A DNA stretch of 59,148 nucleotides, filler included, from Candidatus Woesearchaeota archaeon (GCA_018399355.1; 5 parts of 5 records of this genome joined end to end with filler, not necessarily neighbours in it); one strand, 5' to 3'; shown: positions 19,251 through 28,915, numbered from the whole stretch's first letter. Translations and numbers: made by a program. The notes: generated by a model from the letters alone, not told the origin.

Positions 19251-20726
19251 ATGAAAAAAATAACAGCATTTTTTATCATAGGATTACTTTTATTAATTAT
19301 TGTACCAATGGCTTTTGCGCAGAATGGCAGTCCAGGAGCTGAAAAGGATTCAAATGGAAGAGCATTAACTGAAACACAAAAGCTCATTCCAGATGAAGTA
19401 TTAGAAAAGCAAAAAAAACTTGTTCCTGATGAAATACTGGAAAAACAAAAACAGCTTATCCCAGATAAGGTTTTGCAAAAAACAGAAGGATGGAGAGTTA
19501 AAAGGGCAGAACAGATTGCAGAAAAAGTAGATTCTGCAAGAAACTTTATAGGAAATCTTTCAGAAAACCAGTCAAGAATATTTTTACACCTTTCAAGGGC
19601 ACAACAGAACCGCCTGGTTGAAATGGATAAGGAAGATGCATTAAATGTAATGGAAAATCTTAGATTAAGGGTTGTAAACAAAGCTGATGCATTCAAGGAA
19701 AGGGTAATAGCGCAAGAAAAGCTGGAACATGCAAAGCAGAACTACCTGAAAGCAAAGCAGAACTACCTGAAATCACTTAATTCTTACAAGGAAGCAAAAT
19801 CTAATTTTATGGATGTCAAGAACAGGATTAAGGAATGCAGTAATGATGACAGTGAAGAATGCAGGGAATTAGAAGAAAGGGCAGTAAATCACTCAAAAAA
19901 GATGATAATGAACAGCGCTAATATGATAATTGAGCATCTTAATAAGATAAAGGAAAAGGTTATTTCATCAGAAACAATAGATGAAGAAAGGGCAGAAGAA
20001 ATAGTCTCAGAAATTGAAGGACAAATTTCAGAAGTTGAGGGTATTATTGAAGATGCGGAATCAGCTGAAACAAAAGAGGAAATAAAAGAAGCTGCAAAGT
20101 CATTATCAAAACTCTGGATAAGAATAAGAAACAGGGAAAGATTACATTCTACAGCTGTTGTTGAAGCCAGAGTTTGGGGAATAATAAAGAGAAGCGAGCA
20201 TCTTGAAGAAAGACTGGAATTGACTTTGGCAAAGATGGAAGAGCAAGACCTTGATGTTTCTGAAATTGACAACAAGATAACAGAATTTAGCGAGAAAATA
20301 CAGCAGGCAAAAGACAAATATCAGGAAGCTCAGGATTTAATAGACAAAGAATATTTTGGTGACAACAAAGAAACACTAAAATCAACTGTTGATGAGGCAA
20401 AAGAGCTTATTAATGAGGCACATGAACTACTTAAGGAAGCCCATGAACTTCTTGTAGGCATAGTAAAAGATATTAAGTCAGCAGGTGGAGATATAGAGCC
20501 AGAAGACGATGATGAAGAATACGAAATAGTTGAAGAAGATGACGATGACAACGAGGAAGAGGAAGAAGAACTGGAAGACGATGATAATGATGACAATGAA
20601 GAAGAAGAGCAAGAAAACGATGAAGACGAAGATGACAATGAAGAAGAAGATAATGATAACAATGAGGAAGAACTGGAAGACGATGATGAACAGGAAGATG
20701 ATGAAGGAAACAACACAACAGTTTAA
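19251..20726 (+). CDS. secreted long coiled-coil protein with a highly acidic tail
   Basis: Signal peptide ending PMAFA, heptad-rich helices, roughly 70-residue D/E/N tail; GAGGAG SD. Confidence 0.82.
   Translation: MKKITAFFIIGLLLLIIVPMAFAQNGSPGAEKDSNGRALTETQKLIPDEVLEKQKKLVPDEILEKQKQLIPDKVLQKTEGWRVKRAEQIAEKVDSARNFIGNLSENQSRIFLHLSRAQQNRLVEMDKEDALNVMENLRLRVVNKADAFKERVIAQEKLEHAKQNYLKAKQNYLKSLNSYKEAKSNFMDVKNRIKECSNDDSEECRELEERAVNHSKKMIMNSANMIIEHLNKIKEKVISSETIDEERAEEIVSEIEGQISEVEGIIEDAESAETKEEIKEAAKSLSKLWIRIRNRERLHSTAVVEARVWGIIKRSEHLEERLELTLAKMEEQDLDVSEIDNKITEFSEKIQQAKDKYQEAQDLIDKEYFGDNKETLKSTVDEAKELINEAHELLKEAHELLVGIVKDIKSAGGDIEPEDDDEEYEIVEEDDDDNEEEEEELEDDDNDDNEEEEQENDEDEDDNEEEDNDNNEEELEDDDEQEDDEGNNTTV
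19374..19481 (+). repeat. three degenerate 36-nt (12-aa) tandem repeats
   Basis: TQKLIPDEVLEK / QKKLVPDEILEK / QKQLIPDKVLQK. Confidence 0.8.
19731..19772 (+). repeat. perfect 21-nt tandem duplication (one heptad)
   Basis: GCAAAGCAGAACTACCTGAAA twice, encoding AKQNYLK twice. Confidence 0.95.
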
Positions 20727-20747
20727 ATTTATCTTTTTTTATTTTAT

Positions 20748-22355
20748 TTAAAATCCTGCAATAACAGCATTGCCGATGTTAGTTGCATGGTCGCTTATTC
20801 TTTCTAGATTTCTTAATGTATCAACAAATATTATCCCTGATGAAGGATTGCAAATCTTTTTTCTTAATCTTTTTATATGATTTTCCTCAAACTGTTTTTC
20901 CTTTTTATCCACTTCATCCTCAATTTCATCAATTTCCTTTGCAATATTTTTGTTATCATCTCTCAATGCAATTATTGCTTTTTCATAAACCTTTTCAACT
21001 TTTTCAAACATTTCTTTAAGTTCATCCATAGCATACTTAGAGAATTTCAGCTTTTCTTTTTTCTTCCTTTCAAAAAGCTCAACAATATTATTAGCATGGT
21101 CACCAACCCTTTCAATATCACTTATGCAATGAGACAGAATAGCTAGTTTTTTTGCATCTTCCTTATTTAATGGCCTTTGAGATATTTCTTCAAGGTATTC
21201 ATTCAATACCCTGAAGATTTCGTCAACAGCATCTTCTTTTTTAATAACAATATTAACTAAATCTTTTTTGTCTTCAATAAAAGCTTTCTTGCTTTCATTT
21301 AACATAGATTTTGTTATCATTGCCATCCTTGTTGTTTCTTTTCCTGCCTCTGATAATGCTATTGAAGGAGTGTTTAACAACCTTTTTTCTAAAAATTTAG
21401 TTCCATTATCAATTTTTATATCCTGTCCAGGTATTAATCCTTTAACCAGCCTAATCAACAAAAATATGAAAGGCAACAAGATAAATGCAGTTGAGACATT
21501 AAACAAAGTATGGGCATTTGCGATCTGTCTTGGGAGGTTTTGTGAAGTCATTGAGACAAGATGGGTGAATAAAGATATGAAAGGAATAAATATTATTGCT
21601 CCAATTGTTTTGAATATAATATGAAACCATGCAGCCCTTTTTGATGATATTGAAGAGCCAATAGATGCAATAAGCACAGTTATACATGTTCCTATATTTG
21701 CTCCAATTATAATTGCTATGGCTGCCTTAAGGTCTATTATCCCTTCCATACCCATTGCAATGACCAATCCAGATGTTGCTGAACTGCTTTGTATTATCCC
21801 TGTAACAATAGCTCCTGCCAAAACACCAAGAATAGGAACATCTGAAAAATTTTTTATCATATTTAAAAATAAGACACTTTCACCAAGAGGCCTAGCTCCC
21901 TCTGACATAAGGTTCATTCCAAGAAAAAGAATTCCAAATCCAAGAAGAATTTGCCCCATGTAATGTGTTTTCCTTTTTTTTCCTGTTACAAACAACAAAA
22001 CACCCAATGCGATTATAGGAAGAGCATATTTCCCCACCTTGAAAGCAATTAATTGAGCAGTTACTGTTGTCCCTATGTTGCTGCCAATTATAACCCCCAC
22101 AGAGCGCTCCAATGTCATTAAGCCAGCATTAATCAATCCGACTAATGTTACAGTCGTTATGCTGCTGCTCTGGATTATGGCTGTTATTAATGCTCCTCCG
22201 AATATTCCCTTTATTGGTCTGTCTGTAAGTTTCTCAAGTATTGTCTTTAGTTTTTTTCCTGCAGCCTTCTGAAGACCCTCACTTAGAAGCATTATACCAT
22301 ATAGGAATAATGCAAGGCCTCCAAAAATCCCAAATACAATTGCCAAAACATCCAT
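20748..22355 (-). CDS. Na+/Pi cotransporter with C-terminal PhoU domains
   Basis: Two QSSS motifs, GSNIGTT/GANIGT, IANAHTLFN; PhoU motifs DIERVGDHANNI and NLERISDHATNI. Confidence 0.95.
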   Translation of the reverse strand: MDVLAIVFGIFGGLALFLYGIMLLSEGLQKAAGKKLKTILEKLTDRPIKGIFGGALITAIIQSSSITTVTLVGLINAGLMTLERSVGVIIGSNIGTTVTAQLIAFKVGKYALPIIALGVLLFVTGKKRKTHYMGQILLGFGILFLGMNLMSEGARPLGESVLFLNMIKNFSDVPILGVLAGAIVTGIIQSSSATSGLVIAMGMEGIIDLKAAIAIIIGANIGTCITVLIASIGSSISSKRAAWFHIIFKTIGAIIFIPFISLFTHLVSMTSQNLPRQIANAHTLFNVSTAFILLPFIFLLIRLVKGLIPGQDIKIDNGTKFLEKRLLNTPSIALSEAGKETTRMAMITKSMLNESKKAFIEDKKDLVNIVIKKEDAVDEIFRVLNEYLEEISQRPLNKEDAKKLAILSHCISDIERVGDHANNIVELFERKKKEKLKFSKYAMDELKEMFEKVEKVYEKAIIALRDDNKNIAKEIDEIEDEVDKKEKQFEENHIKRLRKKICNPSSGIIFVDTLRNLERISDHATNIGNAVIAGF

Positions 22356-22476
22356 TTAACTCGTTGATAGGGCCCACCAAACAATATTTAAGTTTTATTA
22401 TAGTTTAATAGATATTATTCTCCACTAGTAAACTATTTAAAGAAGTTTCTTATTCTGCTTAGGAGAGGTGGTTTAT

Positions 22477-22728
22477 ATGGCCAAAAAAGTAATTTTTATG
22501 CTTTTGTTAATTTCACTTTTTTTTGTTTCAGGATGCCTGGAAATCAAAGAAACAAAAACCAAAAATGCTAATGAGCAGGAAAATGTAGTTTATGAACAGC
22601 AAGATATAGAAAGTGATGAACTTGATGAGCTTTCTGATGAAATTTCTGATATTGAAAATATTGAAAATAACCTTGATGATGAAGATCTAGTTAATTTAGA
22701 GTATGACCTTGAAAACATTAATTGGTAG
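22477..22728 (+). CDS. small acidic putative lipoprotein
   Basis: KK + hydrophobic stretch + VSGC lipobox; GAGGTG SD. Confidence 0.65.
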   Translation: MAKKVIFMLLLISLFFVSGCLEIKETKTKNANEQENVVYEQQDIESDELDELSDEISDIENIENNLDDEDLVNLEYDLENINW

Positions 22729-22782
22729 GTTTTTACCGTAATCTTTATATATTCTTTATAAAACCTTTAAATGGGGTAAAAT

Positions 22783-24534
22783 ATGACAAGAACACATACA
22801 TGTGGAGAGCTTACTAAAAAGGATGTCAAGAAAGAAGTAGTTTTATATGGATGGACTCAGAGCAGGAGAGACCATGGCGGATTAATATTTATTGATTTAA
22901 GGGATAGGCACGGCTTAACCCAGATTGTTTTTGATCCTTCTCATAACGAGGAAAACCATAAAAAAGCAGAGCATATTGGCCGCGAATTCGTTTTAAATAT
23001 AAAAGGAAAAGTGAGAGACAGAAAACAAGGCATGATAAACCCTAATATGAGAACAGGTGAGATTGAGGTTTTGGTTGATGAGCTTAATATAATAAACGAG
23101 GCAGATACACCACCTATTGAAATAGATGACAGAAAAGAGGCAAATGAGGATATAAGATTAAAGTACAGATATCTTGATTTAAGAAGACCAATAATGCAGG
23201 AAAGGATTGCATTAAGACACAAGATTGTTACTTCTGCAAGGGATTATTTTAACAAAAACGGATTTCTTGAGATAACAACTCCCATGTTGGTTAAGTCAAC
23301 TCCTGAAGGAGCCCGCGATTATGTTGTTCCCTCAAGAGTCAATCCAGGAGAGTTTTATGCGCTTCCTCAAAGCCCTCAATTATATAAGCAAATTTTGATG
23401 ATTTCTGGGTGTGACAGATATTATCAGACTGCTATTTGCTTAAGGGACGAGGATTTAAGAGCTGATAGACAGCCAGAACACATGCAATTTGATTTTGAGA
23501 TGAGCTTTGTTACAAGCGATGAAATAAGAAAATTTGTTGAAGGTCTTTACAACCACATTTTTAAAGAGGTTTTAAAAATTAAACTTGAGAAATTTCCTGT
23601 TTTTTCATACAAGGAAGCAATGGAGAGATTTGGAACAGATAAGCCGGATATAAGATTTGGCCTCGAATTAATTGATGTAACAGATATTGCAAAAAAATCC
23701 GATTTTTCTGTTTTTAAGAATGCAGAACAAGTTAAATGTTTGAATCCTGAGAAGAACTTAACAAGGAAAGAGCTTGATAAATATATTGAATTCTGCCAGA
23801 AAAACGGGGCAAAAGGAATGACTTGGATGAGAATTACAGAGAAAGGTCTTGAAAGCAGTGTTGTAAAGTATTTTAATGATGAAGTGCAAAAAGAAATCTT
23901 GAATAAAACAAAAGCAAAGAAAGATACTGTGCTGATGTTTATTGCAGACAAGAAAAAAAAGGTTGCAAATGTATTGAACTTGTTAAGGTTAAAATTAAGA
24001 GATGATTTAAATCTTGTTAAGGAAAATGATTTTAAATTATGCTGGGTAAAGGATTTTCCTTTGTTTTCATGGAATGAAACAGAGGAAAGATGGGAGCCAG
24101 AGCATCATATGTTCACTAATCCAAAGCCTGAGTTTATGAAGGATTTTGAAAAAAGGCCCGGCGAGGTTATTGGGGATCTATGGGACTTAGTATTGAATGG
24201 AACAGAAGTCGGCTCAGGCTCTATAAGAATAAGCTCTCCTGAACTACAGGAAAGGATTATGAAGTTTATTGGGCTTTCAAAAGAACAGGCTAATAAAAAG
24301 TTTGGATTTTTGCTTGAGGCCTATAAATATGGAGCTCCTGTTCACGGAGGGATGGGCCTTGGCTTGGATAGAACTGTTGCTTTGATGGCCGGCTTAAGTG
24401 ATATAAGGGAGATAATTGCATTTCCAAAGAATAAGGCCGCGCAGTGCCCTATGGATGGCTCACCTTCAGAAATTGATGAAAAACAGATGAAGGAACTGCA
24501 CATTAAACCAACAGTAATCAAGAAAAAGAAATGA
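22783..24534 (+). CDS. aspS: aspartate--tRNA ligase, bacterial type (probably non-discriminating)
   Basis: 583 aa; RTHTCGEL, RRDHGGLIFIDLRD, TPEGARDY, ALPQSPQLYKQ, RDEDLRADRQPE, GAD insertion, GAPVHGGMGLGLDR. Confidence 0.95.
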   Translation: MTRTHTCGELTKKDVKKEVVLYGWTQSRRDHGGLIFIDLRDRHGLTQIVFDPSHNEENHKKAEHIGREFVLNIKGKVRDRKQGMINPNMRTGEIEVLVDELNIINEADTPPIEIDDRKEANEDIRLKYRYLDLRRPIMQERIALRHKIVTSARDYFNKNGFLEITTPMLVKSTPEGARDYVVPSRVNPGEFYALPQSPQLYKQILMISGCDRYYQTAICLRDEDLRADRQPEHMQFDFEMSFVTSDEIRKFVEGLYNHIFKEVLKIKLEKFPVFSYKEAMERFGTDKPDIRFGLELIDVTDIAKKSDFSVFKNAEQVKCLNPEKNLTRKELDKYIEFCQKNGAKGMTWMRITEKGLESSVVKYFNDEVQKEILNKTKAKKDTVLMFIADKKKKVANVLNLLRLKLRDDLNLVKENDFKLCWVKDFPLFSWNETEERWEPEHHMFTNPKPEFMKDFEKRPGEVIGDLWDLVLNGTEVGSGSIRISSPELQERIMKFIGLSKEQANKKFGFLLEAYKYGAPVHGGMGLGLDRTVALMAGLSDIREIIAFPKNKAAQCPMDGSPSEIDEKQMKELHIKPTVIKKKK

Positions 24535-25641
24535 TTATTCTTTTTTTTTGAAGTTGTTTTCAAATTCTTTTTTGAATTTTTCAAACTGGCCTTCTTTTAT
24601 CGCAGTTCTGGCCTTTCTCATCAGTTCCTGCATGAAATGAAGATTATGATGCTGCATATACCTCTTTGCCTCAGGGTCATTTATCTTTGCCAGATGATGT
24701 AAATAGCTTTTTGTTAGATTTTTGCATATTTTGCAGCTGCAGTTTTCATCTATTGGATTTAAGTCAAATTTATATTTTGCTTTTTTTATTGAAATCTTGC
24801 CATCCCATGTAAATAATGTATTGTGTCTTCCGTTCTGGGTTGGAAATACAGAATCAAAACAATCAATGCCCTTGCTTATGCATTCCAATAAATGGTCAGG
24901 GCTTCCTACTCCCATCAGATAATGTATTTTTTCCTTTGAAATATAAGGCATTGAGTAATCTACTGCCTTAAACATTTCCTTCATGGGCTCGCCTATTGCT
25001 AATCCTCCGATTGCTATGCCATCAATGTCTAGCTCACTCACAAACTTAGCGCTCTTTTCCCTTAAATCCTTAAAAAATCCGCCCTGAACAATGCCGAACA
25101 ATAGCTGTTTTTCATTAGTATGATATTTTTTGCATTCCTCTGCCCATCTCATTGTATTTTTCAAGGAATTAACAAACTGCTCATAAGAAGCGCCGTAAGG
25201 TGAGACATCATCTAAAACCATTGCAACATCCGAATTAATTGTCTGTTCTATTTCCATTATTTTTTCAGGCGTTACAAATATTGTTGAATTGTCAAAAGGA
25301 TTTGTGAAATTAATTCCTTTTTTTGTTGAGTTTTGCAGAAAGCTCTCTCTTAACATCTGGAATCCACCACAGTCTGTAAAAATTGTCTTGTTAAAATTCA
25401 TAAACTTATGGATCCCTCCTGCTTTATGAATCACATCAATTCCTGGCCTTAAAGAAAGAATAAAGGCATTGCATATTATTGCATTGGCATTCATTTCTTT
25501 GTAGTCAAATGGGCCGATATACTTTCCAATTGCTCTTGTTGCAACAGGCATAAAGAATGGAGTTTCTACTTTACCATGCGCTGTTTTTAAAAGGCCAGCC
25601 CTTGCTATGCTGTTTTCATCTTCATATTGTATATCAAACAT
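24535..25641 (-). CDS. tgt: tRNA-guanine transglycosylase of bacterial/queuine-type architecture
   Basis: ETPFFMPVAT, TDCGGFQ, MVLDD, GIVQGG, IGGLAIGE, YLMGVG, DCFDSVFPT, Zn site CSCKIC...HHN; 368 aa with no C-terminal PUA extension. Confidence 0.9.
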   Translation of the reverse strand: MFDIQYEDENSIARAGLLKTAHGKVETPFFMPVATRAIGKYIGPFDYKEMNANAIICNAFILSLRPGIDVIHKAGGIHKFMNFNKTIFTDCGGFQMLRESFLQNSTKKGINFTNPFDNSTIFVTPEKIMEIEQTINSDVAMVLDDVSPYGASYEQFVNSLKNTMRWAEECKKYHTNEKQLLFGIVQGGFFKDLREKSAKFVSELDIDGIAIGGLAIGEPMKEMFKAVDYSMPYISKEKIHYLMGVGSPDHLLECISKGIDCFDSVFPTQNGRHNTLFTWDGKISIKKAKYKFDLNPIDENCSCKICKNLTKSYLHHLAKINDPEAKRYMQHHNLHFMQELMRKARTAIKEGQFEKFKKEFENNFKKKE

Positions 25642-25734
25642 AAAACAAGAAAATAAGCAACTTATTAAATAATTTTCCTAATTTTACAAAATTTTATAAA
25701 TAAGAGAATATATTTTGATATAGAGGTTATAATC

Positions 25735-27024
25735 ATGGAATTCATTTCAGTCAAAAAATCAATGGAAAAAGGCAATGGGCAAGTAAATATAAGGGGCTGG
25801 TGCTATCGCGTTAGAAACAGCAACAAGATGGCCTTTATAATATTAAGAGATACAACAGAAATAATACAGTGCGTTGTTGAAAAGTCAAATGTGAGTGAGG
25901 AAATTTGGAATGAGGCATTAAAAGTTACAATGGAGTGCTCTCTTGAAATTACAGGAGAGATAAAAAAAGATGAAAGAGCTCCAACTGGCTATGAAATCTC
26001 TGTTTCTTCATTAAAAATAGTTGGAGAAAGCGATACATTTCCAATAACAAAAGACCAGAGCCCTGAGTTTTTATTGGACAACAGGCATTTATGGCTGAGG
26101 TCAAGAAAGATGAATGCAATACTAAAAGTTAGGTCATCTGTTTTCCAGGCAATAAGAAAATTCTTTAATGACAAAGGCTTTTATGAAGAACATTCTCCAA
26201 TGTTCTCTCCAACAAGCTGCGAGGGAGGCTCAACATTGTTTGAAGTAAAATATTTTGATGATGTTGTTTACCTAACACAGTCATGGCAGCTTTACGCTGA
26301 AGCTATGATTTCTTCTTTGGAAAAGATCTATACAATAGCTCCTTGTTTCAGGGCAGAAAAATCAAAGACATCAAGGCATCTGTCTGAGTTTTGGATGGCC
26401 GAGACAGAAATTGCATGGTATAAGTTTGAGGACATACTAAAAAATGCAGAGGATTTAGTTGCCTTTATTATAAAATATGTTCTTGAAAATAATGAAGGGC
26501 AGTTAAAATTTTTGGGCCAGGATATTGAAAAACTTAAGAAAATAAAAGCACCCTTTCCAAGAATAACTTACACACAGGTTTTAGAGGAATTAAAGAAAGA
26601 TGGAATAAACATTGAATGGGGAAAGGACTTAAGAACAGTTGAGGAAGATGCAATTTCAAAAAAATACGAAAAGCCCATAATCATAACTCATTATCCTAAA
26701 AAAATAATGGCCTTCTACAAGCCAAAAGACCCTAATGACCCAAAGACAGCTTTGTGCTTTGATATGATAGCTCCAGATGGATATGGCGAAATAATAGGTG
26801 GAAGTGAAAGGGATACAGATATTGAGGAAATGAAAAAAGCCTTAATAGAGCAAGGCGAAAAACCGGAAAAATATGAATGGTATTTTGACACAAGAAAGTA
26901 TGGAAAAGTTCCTCATTCAGGATATGGCCTTGGAGTTGAAAGAGTGATTGCATGGCTCTGCAATTTAGACAACATAAAAGACACAATTCCTTTTCCAAGG
27001 ACAATGGCCAGAAAAACACCCTAA
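25735..27024 (+). CDS. asnS: asparagine--tRNA ligase
   Basis: IRGW, LDNRHLWLRS, EGGSTLF, YLTQSWQLY, FRAEKSKTSRHLSEFW, GEIIGGSER, PHSGYGLGVER. Confidence 0.92.
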   Translation: MEFISVKKSMEKGNGQVNIRGWCYRVRNSNKMAFIILRDTTEIIQCVVEKSNVSEEIWNEALKVTMECSLEITGEIKKDERAPTGYEISVSSLKIVGESDTFPITKDQSPEFLLDNRHLWLRSRKMNAILKVRSSVFQAIRKFFNDKGFYEEHSPMFSPTSCEGGSTLFEVKYFDDVVYLTQSWQLYAEAMISSLEKIYTIAPCFRAEKSKTSRHLSEFWMAETEIAWYKFEDILKNAEDLVAFIIKYVLENNEGQLKFLGQDIEKLKKIKAPFPRITYTQVLEELKKDGINIEWGKDLRTVEEDAISKKYEKPIIITHYPKKIMAFYKPKDPNDPKTALCFDMIAPDGYGEIIGGSERDTDIEEMKKALIEQGEKPEKYEWYFDTRKYGKVPHSGYGLGVERVIAWLCNLDNIKDTIPFPRTMARKTP

Positions 27025-27075
27025 ATCAAAATATTTAATTGAATCAAAAACAAATACAATAAAAAAGGTGATAAA

Positions 27076-27324
27076 GTGAAAAAAATAATGTTTCTTGTTT
27101 TGATTTTAAGTTTGTTTTTGGTTTCAGGATGTTTTCCTAATGATAAATCCCAGGAAAATTTTGATGAAGTAACAGAAATATTACTAAAAATAAAAGATGA
27201 CATAAAAAATGAAAAGATAGACAGACTAACAATGCTAGAATTAAGCCATGGTTTTACTTTATTTAATTCAAATGATATAAAAATTGATAAAAATCAAGTA
27301 AAAACAATTTATTATGGTATCAAA
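27076..27324 (+). CDS. putative lipoprotein, truncated at the contig end
   Basis: KK + hydrophobic stretch + VSGC; the frame runs into the N-linker. Confidence 0.6.
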
Positions 27325-27424
27325 NNNNNNNNNNNNNNNNNNNNNNNNNNNNNNNNNNNNNNNNNNNNTTAATTAATTAANNNNNNNNNNNNNNNNNNNN
27401 NNNNNNNNNNNNNNNNNNNNNNNN
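27325..27424. other. artificial contig linker
   Basis: N44-TTAATTAATTAA-N44, with stops in all six frames. Confidence 0.98.
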
Positions 27425-27572
27425 CGTGGTGTATTCTCTCATTTTCTCTTTGATACTTCAATCCTTGCATCCATCGATCGTGTCTCTTCTGATCCAATTC
27501 ATCTTGAAGTTCATACAAGAGTTTTTTTTCCTCAAACTCCTCACTTCTTTTTGCTTTTTTCTTCTTCTCCAT
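27425..27572 (-). CDS. hypothetical protein, 3'-truncated
   Basis: MEKKKKAKRS... overlaps the upstream ORF and runs to the contig edge. Confidence 0.5.
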
Positions 27573-27981
27573 CGTCTAAAACCCTCTTTCTAATTTCAAT
27601 CAATGTTTGGGTATTAACCTTATGAACATCAATTAATTCTTTAAAGGCCAATAACAATTCCCTCCTAAAAACTCCATTGTTCTGTAAAAGTTCAACTTCA
27701 TTTTCAACAAGTTCTGATTGATCTTTAGTTTCTTTCTTATCACTATCCTTTTTTTCATGGATTACTGGAGATTTAGGTTTTTCCGGATTAGATTTTTCCT
27801 TTTTCTTAGGTTTTGGTTTTTCTTCAACCTCTTCCTCTTCTTCATCATCTTCATCGTCAAGATCCTCGAAGTCATCTTCCTCTTCTTCCTCTTCTTCTAA
27901 TTCCTCCTTAACCTCTTCTTCCTTTGGAGTTTCTTTTCCTTTCAATTTTCCCATTAATCTGTCAAGATCATTATTTGTCAT
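27541..27981 (-). CDS. hypothetical acidic protein (virus/plasmid-like contig)
   Basis: GGAGGT SD; E/D-rich tract; helical C-terminus. Confidence 0.7.
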   Translation of the reverse strand: MTNNDLDRLMGKLKGKETPKEEEVKEELEEEEEEEDDFEDLDDEDDEEEEEVEEKPKPKKKEKSNPEKPKSPVIHEKKDSDKKETKDQSELVENEVELLQNNGVFRRELLLAFKELIDVHKVNTQTLIEIRKRVLDDGEEEKSKKK

Positions 27982-28285
27982 TTTTAATACCTCCTTTCAT
28001 TTGTATTTGTTTATAGATATAACACAATTCTTTTGCTTTATTTTTATCAATATTTCCATTTAATAATAAAAGCGAATGAACATCAATAACAGACAGTCCA
28101 TTATCATTATATTCCATTAATCTTTTAACTTCTTCTGGATTATACTTTTTCTTAAATAATTTATATTTTATATCATATTTCAAATATGGATTAATCTTCC
28201 TTGTAACAAACAAGATCCAGTAAAAAAACCCTGCGAAAAGGCCAACAACAAATATTCCAAAAATTAATGCTTGGCCAAAACCCAT
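27971..28285 (-). CDS. hypothetical protein with an N-terminal TM helix
   Basis: GGAGGT SD; overlaps its neighbours. Confidence 0.7.
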   Translation of the reverse strand: MGFGQALIFGIFVVGLFAGFFYWILFVTRKINPYLKYDIKYKLFKKKYNPEEVKRLMEYNDNGLSVIDVHSLLLLNGNIDKNKAKELCYIYKQIQMKGGIKNDK

Positions 28286-28915
28286 TGTTTAAAACCTCCA
28301 ATTAATAGCATAAAGGCCGGAACAACCCCTGTATTTCCACTGGAAGATTGCCTTTGCTCTTCTAATTCAACAATTCGATCCATCAACAAACTTGTTTTAT
28401 CAACAATATCACTCCATTGATAGAAGATAACCACCATGGCAATAGCCACAACAAGATAAAATATAACATTCATGATCATTTGGCCATATTTATCCCAGAA
28501 TCCTTTTTTAGTAAATCTCTGTTCTAAAAGATTAGAAATAGCAATACGATTTGCTCTCATATCTTGATGAACATATTTAACTCCTGCTGTTTTTAATTGA
28601 CTATCAATATCTCCTAAACCAAAATTAACCCATTCTCCGTCTTCTCTCTCGAAGTGAGGATATTCATTCGGTGCAGTTTGAACTGTTGCAGGAGGGATGT
28701 ATTTTTTTAATTTTCTCACATACCACAATCGATCTCCAGCGTTTCCTATCGGAAAATCTTTTGCTTTATATGTTCCAACTCTTATGGGTAATGATCCAAC
28801 TTTCCTATAAAGTGGAATTGTATATTTGTATTTTTTATTATTAAGATACATGAAAATAGCAAGGCCAATTAAACCAAGAATTAAAATTGATACAAAGAAA
28901 ATTAAAAGAACATTT
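28264..28915 (-). CDS. two-TM hypothetical membrane protein, C-terminal part (N-terminus is on contig C)
   Basis: Frame is open to the contig edge (NVLLIFFVSILILGLIGLAIFMYLNNK...) and matches the end of the ORF at 29016-29172. Confidence 0.75.

Noticed and set aside
20330..20751. Poly-Ser, His/Leu-rich and Met/Lys-rich ORFs
   Set aside because: Shadow frames of the GAA/GAT-rich acidic tail of the 19251-20726 gene
25735..27024. Possible archaeal-type AspRS
   Set aside because: RHLWLRS, YLTQSWQLY, EFWMAE and EIIGGSER are AsnRS-type; AspRS would show QSPQLYKQ, as the 22783 gene does
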